Shown here in pieces: positions 48,069 through 57,044 of a stretch of DNA of 64,000 nucleotides (position 1 is its first letter; each line of letters starts with the position of its first letter). The position numbers and the translations under genes are program-made. This DNA is from a virus (lineage: Duplodnaviria; Caudoviricetes), in IMG/VR virus record IMGVR_UViG_3300027847_001698, one strand, 5' to 3'. The notes beneath the pieces are model-generated. The model made no database searches and had not been told where the DNA came from. It saw only the letters and a program-made list of their open reading frames with translations.

Positions 48069-48380
48069 TTATTTTTTTTCCAATAGGTATCTAGTGGGCG
48101 CATCGGTATACAATAAAGAATGTTCACCATATCGTTTTGCCCATGCCGTTATATGCCTATTTAGTTCTCCAAGTTCTATTGATTCTATTACTAGCTCTTC
48201 AGGAGGAAGAATTTTTTTGTTGGGTTTAGATTTATCATATTGCTTGTCATCAATTCCATCAACCCATTCTTGTAGGATCTTATTGATCAATTGGTTTATG
48301 GTAAGCTTCTTATTCGTGTGTTTCTTTAATTGATATTCAATATCATCGTTTACTTCTAAATGTAATCTATTCATACTCAT
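48069..48380 (-). CDS. Hypothetical protein
   Basis: 103 aa in an operon. Confidence 0.6.
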   Translation of the reverse strand: MSMNRLHLEVNDDIEYQLKKHTNKKLTINQLINKILQEWVDGIDDKQYDKSKPNKKILPPEELVIESIELGELNRHITAWAKRYGEHSLLYTDAPTRYLLEKK

Positions 48381-48646
48381 ACGAGTTGTACCTTACCGTA
48401 ATGCCATTTCTGACCTAAAAGTGTTATTGAACATATTAATTGAATAATCATACATATTCCTGAATAATACAACCCTAATGATATTATTACTATCATTTGT
48501 AGAAAAATTGCTATGGTTGTAAATCCTATAAATTGCCACGAAAATGCTCTCGCGTCTTTTATTTTATATATCTTTATGACTTGTGGGAAACTTGAGTACA
48601 TGAACAGAAGACTACCTATTACCATAGTTATATCTTGCCAAATCAT
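48377..48646 (-). CDS. PQ-loop (SemiSWEET-like) three-helix membrane protein
   Basis: SSFPQVIKIYKIKDARAFSW plus three hydrophobic helices. Confidence 0.8.
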   Translation of the reverse strand: MIWQDITMVIGSLLFMYSSFPQVIKIYKIKDARAFSWQFIGFTTIAIFLQMIVIISLGLYYSGICMIIQLICSITLLGQKWHYGKVQLV

Positions 48647-48830
48647 TTGTCTACCTCCTCATGTTAATTTTAACCCAAATATTTATTCTAATTAACTATT
48701 GAGTAATTCACCCACTGTAATAATTTTATATAGTCTCTAAACGGTTTTAGTTCAACTAAAAATCCAGATTTAACCATACGATGATTTTCAAAATTAACAA
48801 TGTTGACTATTAGAAGTAATTACTTTCATT

Positions 48831-49658
48831 TCATACTGCTACTTCAGCTTTTATAGCTGGATAAAACCCGTAGTTAACAATATTGAAGTCATCGTATGTG
48901 AAGCTATCAATGCTGTCCACAGACGGATTTAGCTTTAATTGTGGATAAGGGTATGGCTCTCTACTCAATTGCTCCCTGACCTGTTCAAAATGGTTATGAT
49001 AGATATGTACACTTCCGCCATTCCAAATGAAATGTCCTGGCTTAAATGCAGTGATCTGACATACCATTGATAGCAATAAAGAATATGATGCTATGTTAAA
49101 TGGAACTCCTAAGAAAGAATCACATGATCGTTGATATAAAATACAATCAAGAAACTCTCCACGTTTTAGAAACTGATAGAAGCAATGACATGGTGGAAGA
49201 GCCATTTTATCTATTTCTCCAACATTCCATGCTGATACAATTATACGCCTACAATCTGGATTTGTTTTGAGTCTATCAATAGCATTAGCTAATTGGTCAG
49301 TATGAATATGCTCATATCGTTTTGATGGTGATATATATTCATATCTTATGTGTTCCCAGTCTCTCCATTGTTTTGAGTAGACTGGTCCTAAATCTCCATT
49401 CTCGTCAGTCCATTCATCCCAAATTCTAACACCATTATCTTTTAGATATTTGATATTAGTTGAGCCTGAAATGAGCCATAGCAACTCATGAATAATTGAT
49501 TTAGTATGAATCTTCTTAGTTGTTACTAGTGGAAATCCATCCTGTAAATCAAATCTAAGAGTATATCCATTTAAGGCTCTTGTCTTAACTCCTGTTCTAT
49601 TATCTGAATCAAATCCGTTATCCATAATATCGGCTAACATGTATAAGTAATTATGCAA
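48831..49658 (-). CDS. thyA: Thymidylate synthase
   Basis: DNRTG, ELLWLISG, MALPPCH, YQRSCDSFLGVPFNIASY, HIYHNH. Confidence 0.97.
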   Translation of the reverse strand: MHNYLYMLADIMDNGFDSDNRTGVKTRALNGYTLRFDLQDGFPLVTTKKIHTKSIIHELLWLISGSTNIKYLKDNGVRIWDEWTDENGDLGPVYSKQWRDWEHIRYEYISPSKRYEHIHTDQLANAIDRLKTNPDCRRIIVSAWNVGEIDKMALPPCHCFYQFLKRGEFLDCILYQRSCDSFLGVPFNIASYSLLLSMVCQITAFKPGHFIWNGGSVHIYHNHFEQVREQLSREPYPYPQLKLNPSVDSIDSFTYDDFNIVNYGFYPAIKAEVAV

Positions 49659-49716
49659 TTAAATCTCCTTTATATTTGTTAGATGATATATCTTCAGCAT
49701 TCATTATGTAATTCCT

Positions 49717-50082
49717 TTATTCTGAGTAATCTTTCCCCATCCACTGTGGCTCATCTAGTCCTGAAATTCCATGTTCCACTACTGTTGGAAACTGTTCAGG
49801 AAATACTTTTTGTTGTTGTGGTGGATGAGCAACAGGATGATTATGTTGTTGGGGTTGTTGCTGTATAGGTTGTGCTTGAACTATAGGTTGCTTTGCAAGC
49901 TGTTGTGGTTGTTGTACAGGTTGCTGTACATGTTGTGGTGATGCTTGTTTAGCATTAGGTTTAGTTTGATCTACTAGCTGAGTCAATAGTGAAACAATTT
50001 CATCTAATGAATTATTTAGTACATCAATTTTTCGGACAATATCAGTTGCTGATATTCTAACTTCCTTCTTTTCTTTTTCCAT
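49717..50082 (-). CDS. Hypothetical Gln/Pro-rich protein
   Basis: 121 aa. Confidence 0.65.
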   Translation of the reverse strand: MEKEKKEVRISATDIVRKIDVLNNSLDEIVSLLTQLVDQTKPNAKQASPQHVQQPVQQPQQLAKQPIVQAQPIQQQPQQHNHPVAHPPQQQKVFPEQFPTVVEHGISGLDEPQWMGKDYSE

Positions 50083-50275
50083 TTGAGTTAATTCTGTTCT
50101 TGTGGTAATTAGCCTCTATTTTCAAATCCTGAACTCGTCCATTCAAAAAGTTATTTTCTTTTGTCAATTTTTTTAATAACGCAGATTGAAGTTGGAGAGA
50201 AATATCCTTAGTAATATATTCTTCTATCCAAAACTTAGCAGGCTTTCCAGCAATTATTTTATTTAAAGAGTCCAT
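50057..50275 (-). CDS. Hypothetical protein
   Basis: 72 aa in an operon. Confidence 0.55.
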   Translation of the reverse strand: MDSLNKIIAGKPAKFWIEEYITKDISLQLQSALLKKLTKENNFLNGRVQDLKIEANYHKNRINSNGKRKEGS

Positions 50276-50306
50276 ATTAAACTTTAGTTGCAGTTAGATA
50301 TGGAGA

Positions 50307-50813
50307 TTAGACCTCGTTTTCATCAATTGATTCAGAAGGATTTTTTTGTTTCCTTCCTATCTCAATTTTCATGCAATCTCCACACAAGACAGGGTAGTCT
50401 TTTTTCAAGAATACACCAGCAGTTAGACACTGAGGACATAAATAACTTTTAGTAAATTTACCTCTAGGATCTTTATCGGTAGCTACTAGTTCTTCCTTCT
50501 CATTACTCTCTCCACCATAAGAGGAATCATCTCCTCCGTATGCTGAATCATCTCCTCGTTCTTGATCAGCGAAAAAATCAGGACCTCCAAATGGGAGCAT
50601 TCCTCCTGCTTGTTTCATCATATTCAGTGTATTCATTTCGGAACTAGATCTAGTGAATACCATTTTTAAAGGTCTAGTCTCATCAAAATTTCCAGCAATA
50701 TGAGTTATATCCAATTTCACACTACCCGCCATATCAAGTTGAAAATCCGTTTCTGGACCCGAGATACAATGGATTATGTTATTTTCGCCATCGGTTACAT
50801 TAAATATTAGCAT
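50307..50813 (-). CDS. Hypothetical protein with a C-terminal Zn ribbon
   Basis: CPQC...CGDC. Confidence 0.65.
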   Translation of the reverse strand: MLIFNVTDGENNIIHCISGPETDFQLDMAGSVKLDITHIAGNFDETRPLKMVFTRSSSEMNTLNMMKQAGGMLPFGGPDFFADQERGDDSAYGGDDSSYGGESNEKEELVATDKDPRGKFTKSYLCPQCLTAGVFLKKDYPVLCGDCMKIEIGRKQKNPSESIDENEV

Positions 50814-50856
50814 TATACAATATCCTTGTTATTATTTATTTCTTAACTAAGATTTA

Positions 50857-51339
50857 TTACAGTAGACCGCCATCAGCAACTCTGGGATGTTGTGGCTGTC
50901 TTCGCTTATGTGCATCCTTTCTCATATCTTTTAAAGTCTTTTCTGATGCAACATCAAGTTTAGCACCTGGAGTATTTAATAAATTTACTCCCTGCTTTTG
51001 ATCTTCTTTGGTAATCGTATTTTTTTCTAATTTTTTGCGTTTAATTGTAACTGTTGATTCAGGTGCTGGTTCGTTTACAACTTCAGATTTAACAAACTTA
51101 TATGTATCCAGTTCTTTTACTTTATTCAAATCAGTTAACATACTTAACATTGAATTCTTTGATGCATCTAATAGATTATGATAGTTTTCCATTTTAGAGT
51201 GATTAACAATATCATTCCGGATTATTTCAGAAACTATATCATCCATAGATAACAATGGTCCATATATTTGTTTTAGTGATTGTACATCATTTTCAGTTAG
51301 TGCGATTTTGATTTTAGTTGTAGCCATTACTTTGTTCAT
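50857..51339 (-). CDS. Hypothetical protein
   Basis: 160 aa. Confidence 0.6.
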   Translation of the reverse strand: MNKVMATTKIKIALTENDVQSLKQIYGPLLSMDDIVSEIIRNDIVNHSKMENYHNLLDASKNSMLSMLTDLNKVKELDTYKFVKSEVVNEPAPESTVTIKRKKLEKNTITKEDQKQGVNLLNTPGAKLDVASEKTLKDMRKDAHKRRQPQHPRVADGGLL

Positions 51340-51365
51340 CCTTTTAGTTATTTATTCTAATTACA

Positions 51366-51617
51366 TTAATCTGCTTCTTCAGGAGCGTTTAATGTTTCAC
51401 TAAACTCTAAAGGAAGCTGTCCTTCCTTTAATTTCGTATTCAAATATTTCTTAAGGTGATGCATCAATACCTTTGTTATCTGGCCTTCGATGCTAGATAT
51501 CTGAAAGGATCTATATTGATATAAAATGGTTTTGATTTGATGGAATGACAATTTGACTGATATGACTTCTTTGTCTAATTCATCTATATCTTTTTTTGGT
51601 CTTCCTCTAGATTGCAT
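51366..51617 (-). CDS. Putative DNA-binding protein (AT-hook-like RGRPKK plus RHH-like)
   Basis: MQSRGRPKK...VISVKLS. Confidence 0.55.
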   Translation of the reverse strand: MQSRGRPKKDIDELDKEVISVKLSFHQIKTILYQYRSFQISSIEGQITKVLMHHLKKYLNTKLKEGQLPLEFSETLNAPEEAD

Positions 51618-51646
51618 TAAATATTCCTATATGAGAACAAATAACT

Positions 51647-52057
51647 ATGAACGTTATAAGTAATTATTTACAAGAAAATAAAGGAAATATAGTTCCTTTT
51701 ATTATTCACAAGCATAATCCAAGATCTGGGTCTCTACATTATGATTTAAGGTTTCTTAGTCATAAAGATAAAAAGGTTTTGCACTCATGGGCGTTTGGTT
51801 CTAAATTCCCTGATGAGTTTGAAACTAAAATTGTAGGCGTTAGAACTAAAGAACATAATCCAAGATGGTTGACCCTTAAAAGTTACCGATTAGATACGTT
51901 TGATCAAGGAACTGTGGAAATAGTAATGTCAGGAAAAAAAATCTTTGAGCTAGAATTCAAGGGTAAAATCATTAAAGGACGTTTTAAATTGTTTCATCTC
52001 AAGTCTAAACGGGGCGATAATTGGCTTCTTATAAAAAGAAAGGAAACTAGCTCTTAA
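51647..52057 (+). CDS. Stand-alone LigD 3'-phosphoesterase-like domain with a CTS-like leader
   Basis: IHKH...LHYDLRF...HSWA...TKEH...FDQGT...LEFKG...KGRF.L...WLLIK; leader MNVISNYLQE/N. Confidence 0.8.
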   Translation: MNVISNYLQENKGNIVPFIIHKHNPRSGSLHYDLRFLSHKDKKVLHSWAFGSKFPDEFETKIVGVRTKEHNPRWLTLKSYRLDTFDQGTVEIVMSGKKIFELEFKGKIIKGRFKLFHLKSKRGDNWLLIKRKETSS

Positions 52058-52101
52058 CCAGTTCCCTTTCTTTCAAATATTCGAATATTTGATAGTGTCA
52101 T

Positions 52102-52455
52102 TCAGTCCGCGACCAACTTCAACTCATCGGGACTGTATTCCTGCTGACGATGAAACATGTACTTACCCTTGGGTAGCTTGAATGAATCATGTTCGTCGTG
52201 TGTGAATGTGGCTTCATCGTCGGTTACTTCGACAAGATGGCTCTCGAAGTCATCTTCAACGGCAACTGCTTTACAGCCACCCTCTACGACATGGAAGTGA
52301 TTTGTGACCTCACCTTCCGCCACAGTGTGCATCTGTGACGACTTGAACTCTTTGTCTTTGACCAGATTGAGTAGGCCAGGAGGAAATTCATCTACACTGA
52401 AGCAGATGATGTCACCCTGTCTTGCATGTTCACCTTTTTGTAACGTTTCCATCAT
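52102..52455 (-). CDS. Conserved His-rich partner of DUF6745-like proteins
   Basis: RQGD...AEGEVTNHFH...THDEH...L.KG.Y....Q.EY. Confidence 0.75.
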   Translation of the reverse strand: MMETLQKGEHARQGDIICFSVDEFPPGLLNLVKDKEFKSSQMHTVAEGEVTNHFHVVEGGCKAVAVEDDFESHLVEVTDDEATFTHDEHDSFKLPKGKYMFHRQQEYSPDELKLVAD

Positions 52456-52491
52456 TGTACCCGTTCGGTTTGGATTTTGGTAATTCTTATG

Positions 52492-53547
52492 TTATGTTTG
52501 GATTTGTGGTGCATATGTATTATTATTCATTTTGAATGTCCACGCAACAGCATCATTTGCATTTGTCATGGTTGGTGGAACTCGTAGATAATAATCTTTA
52601 TAGTGGCCATCCGGTTCGGCTGTTGCATTGGTGACTTTCACCATACAAACATCTTCATCATCGGCAACGGGTGCCAATAACAAAGTACGATGGGTGCTAA
52701 AGTCTTGATGAACAACTTTTGCATCTGATTCTTTAATGTATCTTTCTGCTGTCATTTGTTCTAATTTCAGCCGCTTTATTTCCGCATTTGATTCATTATG
52801 GATATCATTTACACTGATTTGTTCGGGGTGTTCGATAATATAATCGTCAACCACCACGCCATTTACTGCCGCAAATCCCCACTCATCAGTGTATTGAATT
52901 GCTTTTCTTTCTCTGCTGTGAAGTCTACCCATGTCATCAAGATCAACATGCCGCATCTTGTCAGTGACAATACATACTTCATCCAGTGGGAAAAACCATC
53001 CACTGTTCGATGCAAGGTCAAGTAGACCCTGAAGTTTTTCACAACATTCCAATTCCAACAGGTTTCTAAAGAAATCATAGATCGCCAACCAACTTGCGTC
53101 GAATTGACCATAGCAAAAGTTTGAGAAGTTTTGAATACTGATGTCAGAAACTTGACCCATCAGATAATCTAGATCGTGGAACTCTTCCAAATGTGCAGGA
53201 TCGAATCCACTTTTCTTTTCCATCAGGTTCATCACCAACATTCCAGCCATCGGTGAACCTGTGAAAATAATCTTCTTCGGTGGAGGAAGATCTGCGATTG
53301 CATAGACATCTGCAACTTGCTGTTCGATTTGTGATTTGTCAATCACATCACAGTTGTATGCAATGTCTTTCCATTTATCCACGTATTTCGGGAATTGATT
53401 ACTTTGTTCATCAGTGAGATCTACTGTAACTTCCTCATGTGTACTAGACATGTCTTTCCGTTTATCCACGTATTTCGGGAATTGATTACTTTGTTCATCA
53501 GTGAGATCTACTGTAACTTCCTCAGGTGTGTTAGATGTGCTAGACAT
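52492..53547 (-). CDS. DUF6745-like protein
   Basis: GRLHS....AIQY.D.W...NG, ...HNESNAE.KR, VKVTNAT.EPDG..K.Y.LRVPP.....DAVAWTF; likely start ATG 53547. Confidence 0.75.
   Translation of the reverse strand: MSSTSNTPEEVTVDLTDEQSNQFPKYVDKRKDMSSTHEEVTVDLTDEQSNQFPKYVDKWKDIAYNCDVIDKSQIEQQVADVYAIADLPPPKKIIFTGSPMAGMLVMNLMEKKSGFDPAHLEEFHDLDYLMGQVSDISIQNFSNFCYGQFDASWLAIYDFFRNLLELECCEKLQGLLDLASNSGWFFPLDEVCIVTDKMRHVDLDDMGRLHSRERKAIQYTDEWGFAAVNGVVVDDYIIEHPEQISVNDIHNESNAEIKRLKLEQMTAERYIKESDAKVVHQDFSTHRTLLLAPVADDEDVCMVKVTNATAEPDGHYKDYYLRVPPTMTNANDAVAWTFKMNNNTYAPQIQT
53364..53528 (-). repeat. 87-bp (29-codon) near-perfect tandem duplication
   Basis: EEVTVDLTDEQSNQFPKYVDK occurs twice; copies begin at 53364 and 53451. 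Confidence 0.95.
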
Positions 53548-53788
53548 GTGACTCCATAGGTTCAACAAATGTAATTTCTTTATCTTCTGGCATTTTCCCT
53601 GAATTTTCAAGAGAGATGATAATGAGTTGATTGACATCTTCTGTATTCATAGCATCTAATAGCCTATCTATTTCATTAGCATCGATGGAGTTATCCCGAG
53701 TTGTTAATAGATCAAGCCGTTCTCTAATTAATCTTTTTCCATTTTCTATCTCTTCTAGTACTTCAGGAGGCCGTAATAAAATAGGCAT
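53540..53788 (-). CDS. Hypothetical protein
   Basis: Starts MPILLRPP; overlaps the start of the DUF6745-like gene. Confidence 0.55.
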   Translation of the reverse strand: MPILLRPPEVLEEIENGKRLIRERLDLLTTRDNSIDANEIDRLLDAMNTEDVNQLIIISLENSGKMPEDKEITFVEPMESHV

Positions 53789-54014
53789 AATAAGATTGAA
53801 AAAAGAGCCCAACTCCCCGAATATCGGGGAATCTGTCCTTCCTTCAAATCGCTATTAAAATCTGGAATTTATAGAATTTATGGCATAACTTTTGGCATCG
53901 TGTCAGAACTAGGTCTGACTTTGTAATATAATTACACATCGCCTCTCTCCTAGTAAAAGTTGGTAGTTAAAATAAGAGTTTTGTACGTATCATGAGTCAA
54001 TATATATGGAGTTC

Positions 54015-54245
54015 TTATTCTAAACAAAGTTCAATTTGTTTAGAATGGTTCCATCCATTAATATACCCGTTCAATGTATTCGTCCATTTCTCATCATGTG
54101 CAACTGTCATTACAAAATGGAGATCTCTAAGTTCATTTGGGGTACTGTCTGATATATGTTCAGCTTTCCCGTTGAATTTAAAATATGCATTGAACCGTGT
54201 AATGGCATGAAAAATAGATACTGTATCCTCCCCTATTACTGTCAT
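54015..54245 (-). CDS. Hypothetical protein
   Basis: 76 aa, promoter-motif variant at 54295-54311. Confidence 0.6.
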   Translation of the reverse strand: MTVIGEDTVSIFHAITRFNAYFKFNGKAEHISDSTPNELRDLHFVMTVAHDEKWTNTLNGYINGWNHSKQIELCLE

Positions 54246-54474
54246 AATCTAATCCTTTAGATGTTTTAGATGGTTATATGTTTTCCTTTCTCACATATAG
54301 ATATATGTAGAAGGGTCAATTGAAACCAAATAAAATTAAGGAACAAAAATTAACATTATATTAGAACCTAAAAATCACAAAAAGATGTTATATGAATCAG
54401 TATCTGTTACATTATACACAGAAAGTTTATATGAAAACTAGAGGCGTGAATGTTAACCCCCAGAAGACGCGGAA

Positions 54475-54897
54475 ATGAACCCAATACAAATATTCTTACA
54501 AGAAGCTTCACCTATACCACCTATTTTTTATCACGGATCTCCCAATCCAAGAATTAAAATACTAAGACCAAGATTAGATCCGAGAACTGGAATCACGGGA
54601 ATTTTTGTTGCTGCAGACATATATGCTCCATATGCATTTTCCTTGTTACCAATACGGCATAAATCAACAGTAAATTTAAAAACTGTGGGTGGTAAGTTTG
54701 TTTCGGGTAAAGTAGTATCCCCAGTACCCCTTAATGACAAAGGATATCTATATACTATCAAACCCCATCCAGATGATATGGTGGAGCGATTGCCAGGTCG
54801 ATTTCATTTAATCAAACCAACTCGTATAATAAAAAGAGAACTTGTAACCATAGAAGATGTGAAGAAGATGGGATGGGAGATAACAATTAAGAAATGA
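54475..54897 (+). CDS. ADP-ribosyltransferase-fold-like protein with a CTS-like leader
   Basis: FYHGS...GIFVA...Y...GYLYTIK resembles Arr/ART H-G-S/T...Y motifs; leader MNPIQIFLQE/A. Confidence 0.55.
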   Translation: MNPIQIFLQEASPIPPIFYHGSPNPRIKILRPRLDPRTGITGIFVAADIYAPYAFSLLPIRHKSTVNLKTVGGKFVSGKVVSPVPLNDKGYLYTIKPHPDDMVERLPGRFHLIKPTRIIKRELVTIEDVKKMGWEITIKK

Positions 54898-55439
54898 AAT
54901 CTATCCAGATATTTTTAGAAGAATCCACCACCCGAAAAGTATTAGCTCATATAGCAGGACCTTCGGGAAGTGGCAAGACAACTATTGCAACTGTATTAGC
55001 AAAAAAATATCCTAACATAAAATTTACAGACTTAGATGATTTTGATGATGAAGCTGAGCGATTGTTGGGATGGGATGGCATTAAGAAAAGAAAGTATACT
55101 AATAAAATGTTGTATACTCTATACAAGAAGAGACAGCAGTTACTCGACAATCATATTAGAAGTAGCAAAAAACCTATAGTATATGTTGGTCATCACTTAG
55201 AAGCAGAACATGTTTTAAAGATACCAACAGACAATAGATTTCTCCTTAATGTAGATGCCAAGACATCTGCGTACCGAGGATGGAAGAGAAGCCAATCTGA
55301 AGATCCAAAATATCGAAGACTTAAAAAAGAAATTCCTGATGATGTTCGTGCTGCTCAAGAAGATATTGATTGGTTGAAGAAAAATAAATATGTTGTAATG
55401 TCCCCTAAACAAATAGATAAGTGGATAAAAAACCAATGA
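54894..55439 (+). CDS. P-loop kinase/NTPase with a CTS-like leader
   Basis: AHIAGPSGSGKTT, TDLDD; leader MKSIQIFLEE/S. Confidence 0.8.
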   Translation: MKSIQIFLEESTTRKVLAHIAGPSGSGKTTIATVLAKKYPNIKFTDLDDFDDEAERLLGWDGIKKRKYTNKMLYTLYKKRQQLLDNHIRSSKKPIVYVGHHLEAEHVLKIPTDNRFLLNVDAKTSAYRGWKRSQSEDPKYRRLKKEIPDDVRAAQEDIDWLKKNKYVVMSPKQIDKWIKNQ

Positions 55440-56083
55440 AATCTATCCAGACATTTTTAGAAGAAGCGATTGAGAGAACTAAATCTGATCCAAAGTATCT
55501 GTATCATTATAGTGCTCAACCAAGAAAAGAAATTTTAACAAGAGAAGCACAAGGAAATATATCAAAAGATAAACTGGCTGACGAAGAATCAGCAGCAAAG
55601 TTTAGATCAGAGAAATTCATATATTCTAAACATGTATCTCTCACATTTGATCACTTACCTTTGGATATCATCTTAAAACATTTCCCATCGGACCACCATA
55701 CATACAAACCAGGAACTACAATCTATCGTCACGATATCTATATACCTGACTTAGAAGATATGTATTGGAAGGTTGGTGAATCCCCTTTAAGTACTTTTAT
55801 GGGTGATTATCTATGGATGAAATTAGATTGGTATAAAAAGATATTCTTCAAACTAAGAAGAACCGGTAGGATACTCAACAAAGAAGAAGGGCAAGGTACC
55901 CAATCCATGTTAAAAGCTTCAGCTAGATATTCTGGCACATATCGACATTACTTTCAAAAGCTGGTGGATAGACCTGACTTCCAAAAAATGACCGGCATGT
56001 ATGCTCCTAACGTGCCACACATTTTTCTATACCCACCCAATGGCAAACTCATTCCGAAGAAGATAGAGAAGGTCAAATTGTAA
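55436..56083 (+). CDS. Hypothetical (possible ART-like) protein with a CTS-like leader
   Basis: True start at 55436 by ATGA overlap, MKSIQTFLEE/A; LYHYS...HVSLT...IYRHDI. Confidence 0.7.
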   Translation: MKSIQTFLEEAIERTKSDPKYLYHYSAQPRKEILTREAQGNISKDKLADEESAAKFRSEKFIYSKHVSLTFDHLPLDIILKHFPSDHHTYKPGTTIYRHDIYIPDLEDMYWKVGESPLSTFMGDYLWMKLDWYKKIFFKLRRTGRILNKEEGQGTQSMLKASARYSGTYRHYFQKLVDRPDFQKMTGMYAPNVPHIFLYPPNGKLIPKKIEKVKL

Positions 56084-56173
56084 ATGAAAATTATTAAAAC
56101 ATTTTTAGAAGAAGCGATTGGGAGGACTAAATCTGATCCAACGCATCTGTATCTAAATTTGAAAAACTTTTAA
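56084..56173 (+). pseudogene. Truncated duplicate of the 5' end of the 55436 gene (29 aa)
   Basis: MKIIKTFLEEAIGRTKSDPTHLY versus MKSIQTFLEEAIERTKSDPKYLY; about 55 nt near-identical. Confidence 0.75.
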
Positions 56174-56193
56174 ATACACCTTAAAAAAATATT

Positions 56194-56397
56194 ATGATTA
56201 TTACCGAAGTAGTAGTAAAAAAGAAAGATGGTTACTATCTATATAGTAAGGATAAGTCAAGGAAGTTAGGAGGTCCATATGATACAATGGACGAAGTTAG
56301 AAAAAGAGAAAGGCAAGTTCAATATTTTAAACACAGAAGAGAACACTTGATCATTTCTTCAAAATTTGTTTTAGTGGATAAACTTTTAAAATATTAG
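56194..56397 (+). CDS. Small basic phage protein
   Basis: VVKKKDGYYLYSK...KLGGPY....VRKRERQVQYFK pattern common in T4-like phages. Confidence 0.7.
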   Translation: MIITEVVVKKKDGYYLYSKDKSRKLGGPYDTMDEVRKRERQVQYFKHRREHLIISSKFVLVDKLLKY

Positions 56398-56593
56398 GAA
56401 ATGTTAAAAAAAGTTTATAAGATTTAAAAGTTTTTATAACTTTATTAATCTTAAAATAACTATCTAGATATACTAGATTTAGGAGATTTATGTAAATGGT
56501 TGTAACAGCAACATTTATTCGATAACATATCTTTTTTAAATTTATAATAAAAAGTATTGTATAAATTATAACTAAAAAACATGGGGGAGTTTA

Positions 56594-56971
56594 CTACTCC
56601 CTCCCCCTGTTTTCTTCCCATTCCTGAGATACCTTCCTCCAGTATATATCCAATCGTCGTTTCTTCTTTGGTCCCGCCTTCCTCCATTCGGGTCCACCAT
56701 TCCAAAGCCTTGCGACTTCTTCAGGTGATTTTTCTTTGTACCGTTTGGCGTATTGAATACATACCCAACGGGCAAGTGATTCATGAATCATGTCTTCCAA
56801 TGTGTAATTGGTCCCACAGAACTCGTTTACATCGATAAGACAACCTCGCCGAATTTGCAAAGGCCCATATGCTCCCTCTCGAACTATGGCTGCTTGTGCT
56901 TGTTTTGTGGTCTTTGGTGACTCAACTGCAATCATCGCAGCTAACAACCCGATCCATACTGACGGTTCCAT
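56594..56971 (-). CDS. Lysozyme-like (i-type/SLT fold) protein with an N-terminal signal or anchor
   Basis: IAVES...AYGPLQI....IDVN...ARLWNGGP; GGAGG RBS. Confidence 0.75.
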   Translation of the reverse strand: MEPSVWIGLLAAMIAVESPKTTKQAQAAIVREGAYGPLQIRRGCLIDVNEFCGTNYTLEDMIHESLARWVCIQYAKRYKEKSPEEVARLWNGGPEWRKAGPKKKRRLDIYWRKVSQEWEENRGRE

Positions 56972-57015
56972 ACTACTACCTCCAGGTTAATGCATTAAAA
57001 TTTGATTTCTTAAAA

Positions 57016-57033
57016 GTTAATATATATAGACAA
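57016..57033 (-). promoter_or_regulatory. Recurring promoter motif TTGTCTATATATATTAAC
   Basis: Upstream of the lysozyme-like gene, just after the terminator of ncRNA-C. Confidence 0.7.
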
Positions 57034-57044
57034 AATCCATACAA

